From: an uncultured Candidatus Binatia bacterium
GTDB lineage: Bacteria; Desulfobacterota; Binatia; Bin18
NCBI GenBank assembly: GCA_965214605.1
Contig: OZ243961.1
Span: 1,856,001 to 1,920,000, forward strand
DNA: 64,000 nucleotides
Reading direction: 5' to 3'
Shown here: positions 1-10,695 of the stretch, one piece after another
How the letters are laid out: every line of letters starts with the position of its first letter
How positions within the stretch are numbered: position 1 is the stretch's first letter
Program-made: the position numbers and the translations under genes
Notes under the pieces: model-generated
Told to the model about the DNA's origin: nothing
What the model saw: only the letters and a program-made list of their open reading frames with translations
Databases searched by the model: none

Positions 1-561
1 CCGCGGCACGGACAGCCGCCGCTAAGAGGCCCCCACCGGTACGGCCATGCCCAAAGAAGAGCGGGGCCATGTATTGCAGTCCAGCCGGAATACCTATCAC
101 TAGAGGGCAGGTAACCCTGCACCCAGAGACAGTAGCCACGGTAAACTCAAGGGGTGCGGCGATAACCTGTACGGGCTGTCCGACGGCATGGCGTCTGATA
201 CCGAGAGCTATCTGAGCGCCACCCCGCCGACGATCAATCGGCAGGGTGCAGTCAATCCTAACGGCGCGGTCTTGACCCAGATCGACGATCCGAACGGCAC
301 CACAACCAGGGGCCTTTGGGAAGCCAGACCTTGGCGACGATATCGCCCACCTCGAAGCCAACCATGTTGTCAAGGTCCATCTCAGCCGCAAAGGTCGTCT
401 GCTGTACGATCGGCGCCGCGTATAAGAGTGCCGCAGAGTTGAGTAGGGTGCTCAGGGTCAAAATCCCGGCAACATTAATCCGAACGAGGCCACAGGGCCC
501 TTTCCTGGGCTCTCAACAGCTGAGCGAGCCACGCCTTCTGCGGGCAGCACGGTCCGACCTC

Positions 562-1182
562 CTAGAGGTCCTTGACCGATTCCTCAATCATATGATCGAG
601 CTGTTCTGCCTCCTCTTTGACGAGCTTTGTCCGCTGAGCCAGAATCGTTCCCCACGAATCGCCCTGGTATTTATGAAACCGCCCGGTGTTCCACAGCTCG
701 GCGCGCTTAAACGATTTGGGGCAGTGGAAGTAACACTCCTCAACCTCGACCTTGATCGCGAGCTGAGCCGGGCGGCCCCGCGCGCTGAGTTTTTCCATGA
801 GGGACGAATCATCAACAATGCTGGCCCGGCCGTTGATACGCATGGTCCACTCTTCGCCCGGAATGAGGAACAGCAGGCCGACGTGCGGGTTGGACAGAAT
901 GTTGCCAATACTCTGAAACATTTTATTCCCGGCGCGGTCGGGTAGATACACGGTGTGCTTATCGGCGACGTGTATGAAGCCCGGCGGGTCGCCCTTGGGC
1001 GACGCATCGCAGCGTCCCTGGGCGTCGGCGGTAGACACAATGACAAACGGACACTGGGCTAAAAAGCGGGTGGCGGCTTCGTCGATATACGGCAGCTTGT
1101 GCTCGACCGCCAGTTCGTTGGGTTTACCAAAACGGGCGCTGAGGTCTTCAGGCGTGCTAGGAGCAGTTAGCTGTACCGACAT
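562..1182 (-). CDS. Pyridoxamine 5'-phosphate oxidase-like FMN-binding protein (MSMEG_1061 family)
   Basis: Motifs CDASPKGDPPGF, LPDRAGN, NPHVGLLFLIPG, RINGRA, YFHCPKSFKRAELW; start moved to MSVQL at 1182 behind a GGAAGGAGA RBS. Confidence 0.85.
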   Translation of the reverse strand: MSVQLTAPSTPEDLSARFGKPNELAVEHKLPYIDEAATRFLAQCPFVIVSTADAQGRCDASPKGDPPGFIHVADKHTVYLPDRAGNKMFQSIGNILSNPHVGLLFLIPGEEWTMRINGRASIVDDSSLMEKLSARGRPAQLAIKVEVEECYFHCPKSFKRAELWNTGRFHKYQGDSWGTILAQRTKLVKEEAEQLDHMIEESVKDL

Positions 1183-1360
1183 TGCTCTCTCCTTCCATGG
1201 AACACATGTGGGACGCGTTGTGTAATCGGGCACCTCACCTCCTCCTACCCCATTCATCAATCATTCGTCAAGGGAAGAGCTACCGCCGGTTTGTCCACGT
1301 CTTGACACAGCCCGGTTAGGTGTTCCATCCTACCAAGCAACATCTCAAAGGAGGGACAGT

Positions 1361-1804
1361 ATGGCTTCAACGGAGAAAATGAACACCACGGTGGCGCGTT
1401 TTGTTGACCTCAAACCGATCGACTACTCTAGCTTCATCAAAGACTATAGACCCGACGGTACCCAGGGCTATGCCTTGATCGGCAAAGCAGGCAAGACCAA
1501 ACCCCCCATCGCCGGAGACCACGGTTTCTACATGGGCATCAACAAGGTCGGTCCGGGCAAAGGTTCTCCCCTGCACAGCCATCCGAAGCCGGAGGTGTTT
1601 GTTGTCCTGGACGGTCAGTGGACCTTTTTCTGGGGTGAAGACGGCGAGAATAAGATCAATCTAGGCCCGTGGGACACTATTTCCTTTCCCGCCCGGACCA
1701 ACGAGGGTTTCCGGAATATCGGCGACACAGACGGCCACCTGCTAGTGGTGTTGAGCGGCTCTGAGGTCGGCGAGGTGACCTTCACCCAGAACAAGGCCGC
1801 CTAA
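1361..1804 (+). CDS. Cupin domain protein
   Basis: Cupin motifs PLHSHPKPEVFVVLDG and LGPWDTISFP; GGAGG RBS. Confidence 0.85.
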   Translation: MASTEKMNTTVARFVDLKPIDYSSFIKDYRPDGTQGYALIGKAGKTKPPIAGDHGFYMGINKVGPGKGSPLHSHPKPEVFVVLDGQWTFFWGEDGENKINLGPWDTISFPARTNEGFRNIGDTDGHLLVVLSGSEVGEVTFTQNKAA

Positions 1805-2167
1805 GCTCAAGAGCGATGTTCAAGGTCTTTGCGGTGGGCGTGCAGCTAGAGGGCCGCGGCCGACACAATCACAGCAGCCGCTGTCTATACCCAGGCGAAG
1901 CCTTTGGCCTCAGCCAGGAAACCCGACAGCTCGCCGACGACTCCCCCCAGACCGCCTTCCTGAGGGCTGACCTTTTGTGTTGCACGGCACCAACTTCGTC
2001 GTCTTTGACCACGACGAGCCGTGTTGCCTAATGGGTATCCTTCTCTCCGCCGCTGCCAAGGCCGGAGCCGAGGAGCTCAAGGCCAGCTTCCTAGGCCGGG
2101 CACTGCGTTGTCGAGAGCAACGCCGCCCCACCCAAACCAACCGACTGACACACAAGGAGGAATACCC

Positions 2168-3073
2168 GTGGCAACATTTTCGGTCGATCAGGTAGAAATT
2201 TTTGGCAAAGGCGTGTTGCAGGCCGAGGGCGTTGTCGTTGATAAAGACGGCAATGTCTACGGCGGTGGTCGCAATGGCATTATGTATAAGGTCACACAGG
2301 ACGGAACAGTTAGTGAGCTTACCACGCTGCCCGAGGGTTCGATTCCAAACGGGATCACCTTGGACCATGAGGATAATATCGTCTACTGTGACCTAGGCAA
2401 GCAGGCGGTGATGAAGGTCTCGCAGAGTGGTGAGGTCTCGCTGGTGGCCGATCAGGTTGGTGACGTCAAGTTGACCCTGCCCAATTTTGCCAGCTACGAC
2501 GGCGAGGGCAATCTCTACATCTCCAACTCCAGCACGGCCACGATTGATACCGCCCTGGCTGAGATGAAGAACCCGGCTCCCAACGGCGCCTTGGTCCGTG
2601 TCCGGCCCAATGGCCAGGGCGACGTAGTTGCTACCGGTATTTATCTGGCCAACGGCACGGCCGTCGACCCCAACGAAGACGCCGTGTATGTGCTTGAGAG
2701 TACCCGAAACGACTGTCTACGCATCCAGATCAACAAAGACGGCACGTTCGGTAAGCCCGAAGTCTACTCCAAGGGCTTCCCAGCTCTGCCGGACGGCATG
2801 GCCTTTGACACCGACCGCAATTTGTACATCACCCTCCCGGCCCGGATCGAGGACGGCGGTATGACGCCGGCGCACCAAATTATCAAGGTCGACACCGACG
2901 GCAACTGGACGATGTTGGTCGATGATCCCCAGGGCCAAAAGCTCAACTTTCCGACCAACTGCGCCTTTGGGGGCCCAGGACTCCAGACCCTGTACTTCGC
3001 CAACCTAGAGGGCGACCACTTCAGTTTTGTGCAGACCTCGATCACCGGCCATCCTTTGTACCACCAGCGCTAA
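2168..3073 (+). CDS. SMP-30/gluconolactonase/LRE family beta-propeller
   Basis: AEG, PNG, ANG, PDGMAFD, PTNCAFGG motifs; GTG start at 2168 after AAGGAGG. Confidence 0.88.
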   Translation: MATFSVDQVEIFGKGVLQAEGVVVDKDGNVYGGGRNGIMYKVTQDGTVSELTTLPEGSIPNGITLDHEDNIVYCDLGKQAVMKVSQSGEVSLVADQVGDVKLTLPNFASYDGEGNLYISNSSTATIDTALAEMKNPAPNGALVRVRPNGQGDVVATGIYLANGTAVDPNEDAVYVLESTRNDCLRIQINKDGTFGKPEVYSKGFPALPDGMAFDTDRNLYITLPARIEDGGMTPAHQIIKVDTDGNWTMLVDDPQGQKLNFPTNCAFGGPGLQTLYFANLEGDHFSFVQTSITGHPLYHQR

Positions 3074-3087
3074 GAGAGGAGTCTACG

Positions 3088-4053
3088 ATGAAAGCTATGC
3101 GGGCCCACCAGGCCGGTGGGCCGGAGCAGCTCCGGTATGAAGACGCCCCAGAGCCTTCGCTCGGTGACGGCCAAGTCCTGGTTCGGGTCCGGGCGGCCGG
3201 GATTAACCCGGCAGATTTAGTCCGACTGTCCGGGAAATTGGCTCCGCTGCGCTTCCCGTATATCACCGGAACCGATGTGTGCGGCGAGGTCGAAGCGCTG
3301 AGCCCGGGCGTGAGAAATGTCAAGCTCGGTGATCGGGTCTTCGGCCGGGCGATCGCTGCCGGCTACGCGGAAAAGGCCTGCGTCTTGGCCCGCGAGGCGA
3401 TTCCACTACCCGACAGTCTCTCCTTCGCAGAGGGGGCGGCTATCCCGATTCCATTCTACACCGCCTACTATGCTCTGCACTATAAGGCTGGCCTCAAAGC
3501 CGGCGAGACCGTTCTGGTCACTGCGGGGGGCGGCGGTGTTGGTGTAGCCGCGATTCAGCTGGCCAAGGTGGCCGGGGCACGGGTCATCACCACGGTTGGC
3601 TCCCAGGACAAAGCCGAGCGTACCCGCGAGCTGGGGGCGGATGTGGCGATTAATTATAAACAGCAAGACTTTGCTGCTGAGGTGCTTAAACACACCGATG
3701 GCAGGGGCGTGGGCGTTATTGTTGAGAACGTGGCCTCAGACAATCTGGCTGCCGACTGTTCGGCAGTTGCCCGCAACGGTCGGATTGTACTAATTGGCAC
3801 CGGAACCGGCAAAACGGCCAACGCCACATTTGGCGTGCTAGCGGCGCTGCTCAAAGACATTACGTTTTACGGTATGAGTCTGATCAACGCTGACGACGCG
3901 ATTCCTGACATGGCGGCCGTCATAACCAAGCTGTTTGAGGCGGGCAAAGTCAAAGCCCCGGTCAGCAAGACCTATCACCTGTCTGAGGCGGCTCAGGCGC
4001 TGAACGATTTGTTGGACGCCAAGGTCTTTGGCAAGCTCGTCCTCAGACCCTAA
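3088..4053 (+). CDS. NADPH:quinone reductase (zeta-crystallin/MDR family)
   Basis: AAGINPAD, TAYYAL, AGGGGVGVAAIQLAK, C-terminal GKLVL. Confidence 0.9.
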   Translation: MKAMRAHQAGGPEQLRYEDAPEPSLGDGQVLVRVRAAGINPADLVRLSGKLAPLRFPYITGTDVCGEVEALSPGVRNVKLGDRVFGRAIAAGYAEKACVLAREAIPLPDSLSFAEGAAIPIPFYTAYYALHYKAGLKAGETVLVTAGGGGVGVAAIQLAKVAGARVITTVGSQDKAERTRELGADVAINYKQQDFAAEVLKHTDGRGVGVIVENVASDNLAADCSAVARNGRIVLIGTGTGKTANATFGVLAALLKDITFYGMSLINADDAIPDMAAVITKLFEAGKVKAPVSKTYHLSEAAQALNDLLDAKVFGKLVLRP

Positions 4054-4905
4054 TTCGACCGCTCAGACAAGCAAAGAGCAGCTGCGGCACTGACATCGAG
4101 CCTTGGACCTGCACGTACGAGCAAAAGCTCAAGCTAACGGATGAGCTTTGTGGCGGTTGACGCCCCCGTCCATCCGGGCCTCGGGCCCGCATGGACGGGG
4201 TATGCTCGCAACATTTCAGTGCAGTTCAAAAGAGGTCGGCGAGATGGCGCAGGCCAGACTGCGGGTTGATTGACAATGTGATAGACGGCGTCGACCGCTC
4301 CCTGCCGTTGGCAGGCGACGGCTTACGGCCCATCGTCCGCAGCGAGTTGATCGGCTGCGTTGATGCCAGCAGCCGGACGGAAGATGAAGACATCGAGAGT
4401 GCCCAAGCCGGCTTGGGCTCATCGGGTCCGAGTAGAGCGGGGCTGCAAGCTTGTCATATCTGTGCCGCCCCTGAACAAAGGTCCAAGGGGAGACGAACTG
4501 CGGTCTCCCTCAGACTTGCCGGGCCTGTTTGAACACGGCGATTTTATCGCACTCAGTACCCAGACGCTGCCAACCGAAACGCTCATCGGTACGGCAGAGC
4601 TGTGGCTGATGAGGTCGAAGAGCTGCCGAGTTCATATCGCCTGGGGACAGTTGGTTGATCAGCTCACCCTGTTTTTTTGATCTGGACAGTAGCAAAGATC
4701 GCCGCCGCCGCGCTTGACGTGTCTATGGACGAGTTGAGCGGTCCGTCACTCGAAAAACTGTGACGGCTGCCCAAGGTCCCGATCTCCTTACCTCGGTCAC
4801 TCTCGCTGTCCAACACACGCGTGGGATTGAGCTCTCTTGTCATAATTTGCGGCGCCAGGTCCAGGACCAGCCTCTGTCCAATATTCTCGACCGGGAGCGG
4901 GACGA

Positions 4906-5079
4906 TTAAGACTCTTTGGGCCCAATATCTCGGTCCCACAGGAACTTAGCAACGGGCAGGGTGGCGATGCCCAGGGCAATCTGCCATATACCAGACGACC
5001 CCTCTTGACCCATGCTTTGGTAGCCGTTCAGGATCCAGTAGCATCCAACAAAAACAAGCGCCAGTGCCGTGGCTTTCAT
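4906..5079 (-). CDS. Small putative two-TM membrane protein (57 aa, not in ORF track)
   Basis: Hand translation MKATALALVFVGCYWILNGYQSMGQEGSSGIWQIALGIATLPVAKFLWDRDIGPKES*; GAGGAG RBS upstream of ATG; co-oriented downstream of the MBL gene. Confidence 0.6.
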   Translation of the reverse strand: MKATALALVFVGCYWILNGYQSMGQEGSSGIWQIALGIATLPVAKFLWDRDIGPKES

Positions 5080-5157
5080 GGATGTCTCCTCATGTCTTAG
5101 TCTGGCTCTTGAGTATGACTCGGGGCCACGAGCAGGTCAGGGTGTTGCGGCGGTCGG

Positions 5158-6078
5158 TCAGGCCCCCGACTCGGCGCTGCTCGCCCGCACGAGACTCCGA
5201 TACACTATCTCAATCCACCGCTCGGCTGTAATCAAACCAGCTCCCCAGGGCTTCCATTCGTCGGAAAAACCGGCCTGTTTGATCTGCTCCAGACTCCTCT
5301 CGGCCGTAATCTGTTGGCGGACGATTTGGGTCGTTTCGACCAGCATCCGGTGATAGGCGTGCAGATCGTCTTTGTTGGAGAGGGGCCCATGGCCTGGAAT
5401 GATCTGTACGTCATCATCTAGCTGACCCAGCACCGTTGCAACATTGGCAGTGAACTGCTCAACATCGCCACCGGTGTCCAGATCGACAAATGGGAAACTC
5501 CCGGCAAAAAAATGGTCGCCTAGGTGGACAACGTTTGAGTCGGTGAAGAACACAACACTGTCCCCGTCGGTATGACCACGGGGAAAATGTACAACTCTGA
5601 TCTCCTCACCGTTGAAATGAATCGACACCGACTCGTCGAAGGTAACGACTGGCCAGGCGTCCTGGGGAGCGGCCGGGATGATGCGTCCAGACAGGTTCTG
5701 CTCGGTCATCAGTCGTTTGCGGACGTTAGTATGGGCGATAATCGGAGCTTGCTTTCCAAATACGGGATTGCTGCCGGTATGATCGCCATGCCAGTGGGTG
5801 TTCAAAATGAATTTGAGTGGTCCGCTGCCCAACTCGCTCAGCGCAGCCTGGATCTTGGCTGCCAAGGGCGCAAACTGGTCGTCAACCATAAGAATCCCAT
5901 CGCTCCCGATCGATACTCCGATATTCCCGGCTGACGCGCTGGCCGTCAGCATGTGGATGGGGCCGCGTAGGGCAGTGGCCGAGATCTCGACGCCGCTAAA
6001 ATCCTGCTGAGCCAGACTTGCCCCGGCGCCGAGCAGAACCATCCCAAGCCAGGTTATCATAGGGACACATCGTTTCAT
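5158..6078 (-). CDS. Secreted MBL-fold metallo-hydrolase (cyclase-like)
   Basis: Signal peptide from MKRCV; THWHGDH, GHTDGD, GD and PGHG motifs. Confidence 0.88.
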   Translation of the reverse strand: MKRCVPMITWLGMVLLGAGASLAQQDFSGVEISATALRGPIHMLTASASAGNIGVSIGSDGILMVDDQFAPLAAKIQAALSELGSGPLKFILNTHWHGDHTGSNPVFGKQAPIIAHTNVRKRLMTEQNLSGRIIPAAPQDAWPVVTFDESVSIHFNGEEIRVVHFPRGHTDGDSVVFFTDSNVVHLGDHFFAGSFPFVDLDTGGDVEQFTANVATVLGQLDDDVQIIPGHGPLSNKDDLHAYHRMLVETTQIVRQQITAERSLEQIKQAGFSDEWKPWGAGLITAERWIEIVYRSLVRASSAESGA

Positions 6079-7713
6079 GGCTCCCTCCCTTCGTGACCTT
6101 GACCACGTCTCAGCCTGGCTCAGGCTGTTCACCGGGACCCAGACCAATTTTCTCGCCACCTCAAGGTTCGGCGCAAAATTCTTCTAGGGAATATGCTCAC
6201 GGATACCACCCCCCCGCAAGGCCTTCTCTGTACCTTACCGGACAGACCCAGATTGTGGTCTCGGTCCAGGCCATGTCGGCCAGAGCTGCAATAACAACAA
6301 TCACGCCGTCACCTAGGGAGGTGGCGTCTGACAAGTCGAAAAGGCGCGCTTTGTGATCCTTGATATCCATCCTGACCGATCTGGTTCAGCTGCTAGGCGG
6401 AGGCCACCGAAAAGTGCCTGCACAGGACGACGAGTCCGATGCGGACCTCCCAGGATTTGGAGGCATCCGAAGAGGGCTCATTCTAAAGCACTCCCAACAT
6501 CACCCCATCAACTGCTGCCTGTTCGGCCGCGACGAAGCCAGCAATGATATCAGCCCGATGCCGACTCTTGATCTCAAGGTCAAGCAAGACCGTCAGGAAC
6601 AGTGTCGCCGGCGTGACGATCATATTGGCGACGACGGCTTCGCGAGTCTTGAGAAGGAACTACCGGGTAATAATGTCTCGGCCGATCTTCATGGGGATAC
6701 CGGCCGGGCAGGCTCGTGGGATGCACGCAACTAGCGGGAGCGAGCCCAAGGACACAAGCTGGGTGCAATGGACCCAGACAGCGTCATCTGCCCATCGCCC
6801 CGGACGTTGAGCATGTCGGTATAGTGGCCCTACCGCCCGGCCGAGTAGGCTGACCGCTACGTTGCGCTCTCCTGGCCGAACACCTCTCGGTCCAATGCCG
6901 TGTCCGGGTCATGGAATCAGCCGCCGGCAAGGTCGGCAAACTGTCAAGGGAGTGCACCGGGGCGAGAATCTCGGAGCATAGCGTGGAGAACGTCCGGGAC
7001 CAGTTCCGGCCAGGACAGTTCGGGCTGCCCCATCGGCACTGTACCGCCCACCGGAGCGTCGGATACTCACATGGCCGGGGAGACAAGCGGCGAGGACACC
7101 GGATGGTACAGCTTGCCAGGCCAGAGCAGGATAGCGGCCCTGAGCGAGATAATCCCGAGAGAACGCTCAGGTTGAGATTACGGACTGCCTCTGGCCAGGC
7201 ATAGACGACGGAGAGCAGCTCACTCTCCACTGGTGATCCCGGCAAAGGTGAGGCGGCCAACAAGAGTAATGAGGACGCCGACGCTGGACATGAAGCCTGA
7301 GGTAACCGAGTAGACGAAGTGGTCTCATCTGCGCAGCCCAAAGACGCTCTGCAACACTCTCCTCAACACACCCCTCCTCGCCATCTCCTCCGGATGGTCG
7401 GCATGTGAGGCCACGATGGCCGCTAGCCGGGCCGTCCGGATCCTCCTCCCCCTAGGAAACCGACCACGATGGCTCCGTGCAGGCCGGACGCCACAGGGAT
7501 AGCGGCAGGGCCACCACGGTCAAGATCAGACCACTCAGAGCGTCGTCACCCAGCTCTTTCAGACCGAACGTCGCTCCCCATTATGTGGGCCGGCCCGACC
7601 ACCACCGTCTTGCTGACGGTCCAGGCCACCGCTAGAGTCAGAGCGTGATTCCAGTGGACCAAACGGCTGGATATCTTCGCTAAAAATCTGAAAAAACGAA
7701 CAAGGGACCACTC

Positions 7714-8550
7714 ATGCGCTCTCCCACCTGCGGCCGGCCCAGGGTTTGGCTTGGCCTTGCAGCGCTTGTCATCCTCTTCGGCTGCCAGACAAACCAGACC
7801 GCGGAGAAGCCGGCCCTCCTGGTGTTTGTCGCGGCCAGCCTCCAAGACCTGGTGAAAGACTTGGGCCGGCGTTTTGGCCAGCACCAAGATGTTGAACTCG
7901 TCTATAATTTTGCTGGATCAAACACCCTAGCCCAACAGATTGAGGCCGCCCCGGTGGCCGATGTATTTTTGTCCGCGGACGTCCACTGGATTGATGTTCT
8001 CGAACGGGCCGGCCGGCTGGTGGCCGGCAGCCGGCGTAATCTCGTGTCCAACCGGCTGGTGGTGATCAGCCGCCCGGATGCGTCTTTCAGGTTGACCGAT
8101 CCCCGCCAGCTGGCCGGGGCAGACTTTTCGTTTCTGGCCCTGGCAAATCCAGACGCAGTGCCAGCTGGTCGCTATGCCAAGGCGTTCCTGCAATCCGTCC
8201 GGGTCGGCACTCACAACCTGTGGGATCTCGTCAAAGACAAGCTGGTCCCAACGCCGGATGTGCGTGCCGCCCTAGCCCTGGTCGAATCCGACCCGACCAT
8301 CATCGGCATCGTGTACAGAACCGATGCTATCCGCTCGCCACAGGTAGTGGCCCGCTACGAGGCACCGACCCTGCCCCAGCAACCAATTGTGTACTGCGGG
8401 GCGGCACTCACCGGTCGTTCCAATCCAGCCCTGGCCCAACGCTTTCTCGATTTTTTAACCAGTCCTGAGGCCCAGGCGCTCTTCCTCAGCTATGGCTTCA
8501 TTATTGACCCATCGCGTGCTTTCCAACCAGACACTGGGCACCTACGATGA
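7714..8550 (+). CDS. modA: Molybdate ABC transporter substrate-binding lipoprotein
   Basis: AASL, AGSNTLAQQIE, ADVFLSAD, VPAGRYA, VYRTDA; lipobox-like ILFGC. Confidence 0.93.
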   Translation: MRSPTCGRPRVWLGLAALVILFGCQTNQTAEKPALLVFVAASLQDLVKDLGRRFGQHQDVELVYNFAGSNTLAQQIEAAPVADVFLSADVHWIDVLERAGRLVAGSRRNLVSNRLVVISRPDASFRLTDPRQLAGADFSFLALANPDAVPAGRYAKAFLQSVRVGTHNLWDLVKDKLVPTPDVRAALALVESDPTIIGIVYRTDAIRSPQVVARYEAPTLPQQPIVYCGAALTGRSNPALAQRFLDFLTSPEAQALFLSYGFIIDPSRAFQPDTGHLR

Positions 8551-8595
8551 CATTCCTAGGTGTTTATCATACCATGCTTGAGGAGCGAGTGAGTG

Positions 8596-9270
8596 ATGCC
8601 GGGTCAAGACATCCTCCCCATCCTGCTACTGACCCTTAAGACCGCCGTGGTGGCAACGCTGTGTGTGACACTACCGGGCATCCTGCTGGGCTATACCCTG
8701 GCCCGGCACGATTTCCGGGGCAAAAATTTTCTCTCCGCGCTCATCGGCCTACCGCTGGTCCTGCCACCCACCGCGGTCGGCTTCGTGCTGCTGCGCCTGT
8801 TCGCTGTTGATGGTCCCCTGGGACGGCAGACCCTGGGACTTGATCTAGGGCTGCTCCTCAGTTGGCGAGCCGCGGCCCTGGCTGCCGCAGTGATGTCTTT
8901 TCCCCTTGTCGCCCGCACGGCCAGAGTCACCTTTGAAGGCATTGACCCGCGACTCGAAATGATGGCCAAGACCCTCGGCCACAGTACGCTGGCCACTTTT
9001 TTTCGCTATACTTTGCCGCTAGCCAGACGGGGTCTGTTGGCCGGCGGCATTCTTGGCTTCACCCGGGCCTTAGGGGAGTTTGGGGCGACCGTCACCATTG
9101 CCGGGAATATTCCAGGCCGAACCCAAACCCTGGCCTCGGCCATCTTCAGCGCCCAGCAGGTTGGCGATACCGATCAAGCCTATATGTTGATGTTACTGGC
9201 CATCGGGCTGGGTTTTGTCGCCATCATGAGCGCAGAACTCCTGTCCCGTACGCCGAGAACAGCCCCATGA
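8596..9270 (+). CDS. modB: Molybdate ABC transporter permease
   Basis: LPLVLPPTAVG, RALGEFGAT, AGNIPGRTQT. Confidence 0.95.
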   Translation: MPGQDILPILLLTLKTAVVATLCVTLPGILLGYTLARHDFRGKNFLSALIGLPLVLPPTAVGFVLLRLFAVDGPLGRQTLGLDLGLLLSWRAAALAAAVMSFPLVARTARVTFEGIDPRLEMMAKTLGHSTLATFFRYTLPLARRGLLAGGILGFTRALGEFGATVTIAGNIPGRTQTLASAIFSAQQVGDTDQAYMLMLLAIGLGFVAIMSAELLSRTPRTAP

Positions 9271-10418
9271 CTGCCCCGGCTTTTCCATCTTCCATCCTTA
9301 CCGTGCGGGTGCGCCTGGCGCTGGACCGATTTGAACTGAACGTCGATGTCACCACCCGCCACCAGGTGACTGGCCTCTTTGGCGTGTCAGGGTCGGGCAA
9401 GACCAGTCTGCTCGAAACTATCTGTGGACTGCGGCGTCAGGCTCAGGGCTACACCTGTCTCGACGGGGAGGTGTGGCTGGACACAGCCAACCACATATTT
9501 GTCAAACCAGAGCGGCGTAACATCGGTTACGTGCCCCAAGACGGCCTACTCTTTTCGCATAAAAACGTCCGTCAAAATCTGCTGTCCGGCGCCAAACGGG
9601 CGGTCCGCAACGGTCATCCGCTCCAGGCAACGCTGCGACTGGTGACCGAGATTCTTGAACTCGGTCCCCTGCTCGACCGCAACGTGACCACCCTGTCGGG
9701 GGGAGAGCGCCAACGCGTCGCGCTGGGTCGAGCGATTTGTTCCGGACCGCGTCTGTTACTGCTTGACGAACCGTTTGCCTCGCTCGATCTCGCCCTGCGA
9801 CGCAAGCTATTGCCGTTTGTGCGCCGCCTTCGTTCCGAGTTCCAGATTCCGATGCTGTTTGTATCGCACGACCCCCTCGAAGTCCAAGCCTTATGCGACG
9901 ATCTGATCGTGCTCAGAGAGGGGGCGACGATCGCCCACGGTGAGCCACGCCGGGTCTTGACCGATCCGGACGTCTTTTCTTTGGCCGAACAGCAGAAATT
10001 TGAAAATATTATACCGTGTCGCCTGATCGACAGTCAGGCCAGTACCAGCCGGGTCCGTCTAGGACAGCTGCCTCTGAGAACAGTGCAGTCCGATCCCCGC
10101 TCGGTCGAATTTACAGCCATGAAGGCCGAGGCGAGGCCGGGCGACCTGATGCTGGCCAGTATTCCGGCCAACGATATCATGGTTGCGACCCACAAACCCC
10201 AGGGACTCTCGGCCCGCAACATTGTGCCTGCCCGTATTACCCAGCTTCGCTTGGTCGGTTCGGTCGGACTGGTCACGGCCGAGCTAGACGCCGAGCTGCC
10301 ACCCCTGACGATTGAAATCACAGAGACGAGTTTTGTTGAGTTGGGACTGCGTCCCGGACGACAGATCTTTCTGGTCATTAAGGCTACCTCGTGTCGCTTG
10401 TATGAAGGAGAGCGCTAG
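9267..10418 (+). CDS. modC: Molybdate ABC transporter ATPase with TOBE domains
   Basis: GVSGSGKT, LSGGERQR, LLLDEP, SARN and C-terminal TOBE; ATGA overlap with modB. Confidence 0.93.
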   Translation: MTAPAFPSSILTVRVRLALDRFELNVDVTTRHQVTGLFGVSGSGKTSLLETICGLRRQAQGYTCLDGEVWLDTANHIFVKPERRNIGYVPQDGLLFSHKNVRQNLLSGAKRAVRNGHPLQATLRLVTEILELGPLLDRNVTTLSGGERQRVALGRAICSGPRLLLLDEPFASLDLALRRKLLPFVRRLRSEFQIPMLFVSHDPLEVQALCDDLIVLREGATIAHGEPRRVLTDPDVFSLAEQQKFENIIPCRLIDSQASTSRVRLGQLPLRTVQSDPRSVEFTAMKAEARPGDLMLASIPANDIMVATHKPQGLSARNIVPARITQLRLVGSVGLVTAELDAELPPLTIEITETSFVELGLRPGRQIFLVIKATSCRLYEGER

Positions 10419-10639
10419 GTTCTTTTTTTCCAGGTCTGATAACTGTCCGGGGTCAACACTTCCCAGCAATGACGACAGGATCGATTTTCACAAAAGGCCA
10501 TCGTCTGAGAGGTCAGATGCCGCTTGCGGTAGTAGCGCAGCTCAAAAGGATAGTATTTGATTTTTTTGGTGAAACGGCCGCACTTGGGACACCTCGCGCC
10601 GACTAATTTTTCTTTCTTCCAGACCTCTTGGATTGCCAT
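10415..10639 (-). CDS. Small basic Cys-rich (zinc-ribbon-like) hypothetical protein
   Basis: CPKC...CENRSCRHC, Lys/Arg-rich; stop overlaps modC stop; start uncertain. Confidence 0.45.
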   Translation of the reverse strand: MAIQEVWKKEKLVGARCPKCGRFTKKIKYYPFELRYYRKRHLTSQTMAFCENRSCRHCWEVLTPDSYQTWKKRT

Positions 10640-10695
10640 CCGAACATTTGGAGCGTACAAAGACTACTTTGTCAAACGTGCACAATAGAGAGGCC

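Noticed and set aside
1-260. Cobalamin-riboswitch-like (AGCCGGAATACCT) and RNase P-like (CACGGTAAACTC) snippets
   Set aside because: Other conserved elements are missing or cut off by the window edge and no plus-strand gene follows; the minus strand reads as hydrophobic transporter-like fragments (GLQYMAPLFFGHGRTGGGLLAAAV), so a decayed gene is more likely. An Rfam scan would settle it.
316-945. Long antisense ORFs (also 43780-44496, 54871-55635 and others)
   Set aside because: Shadow frames of well-supported genes, expected in GC-rich DNA
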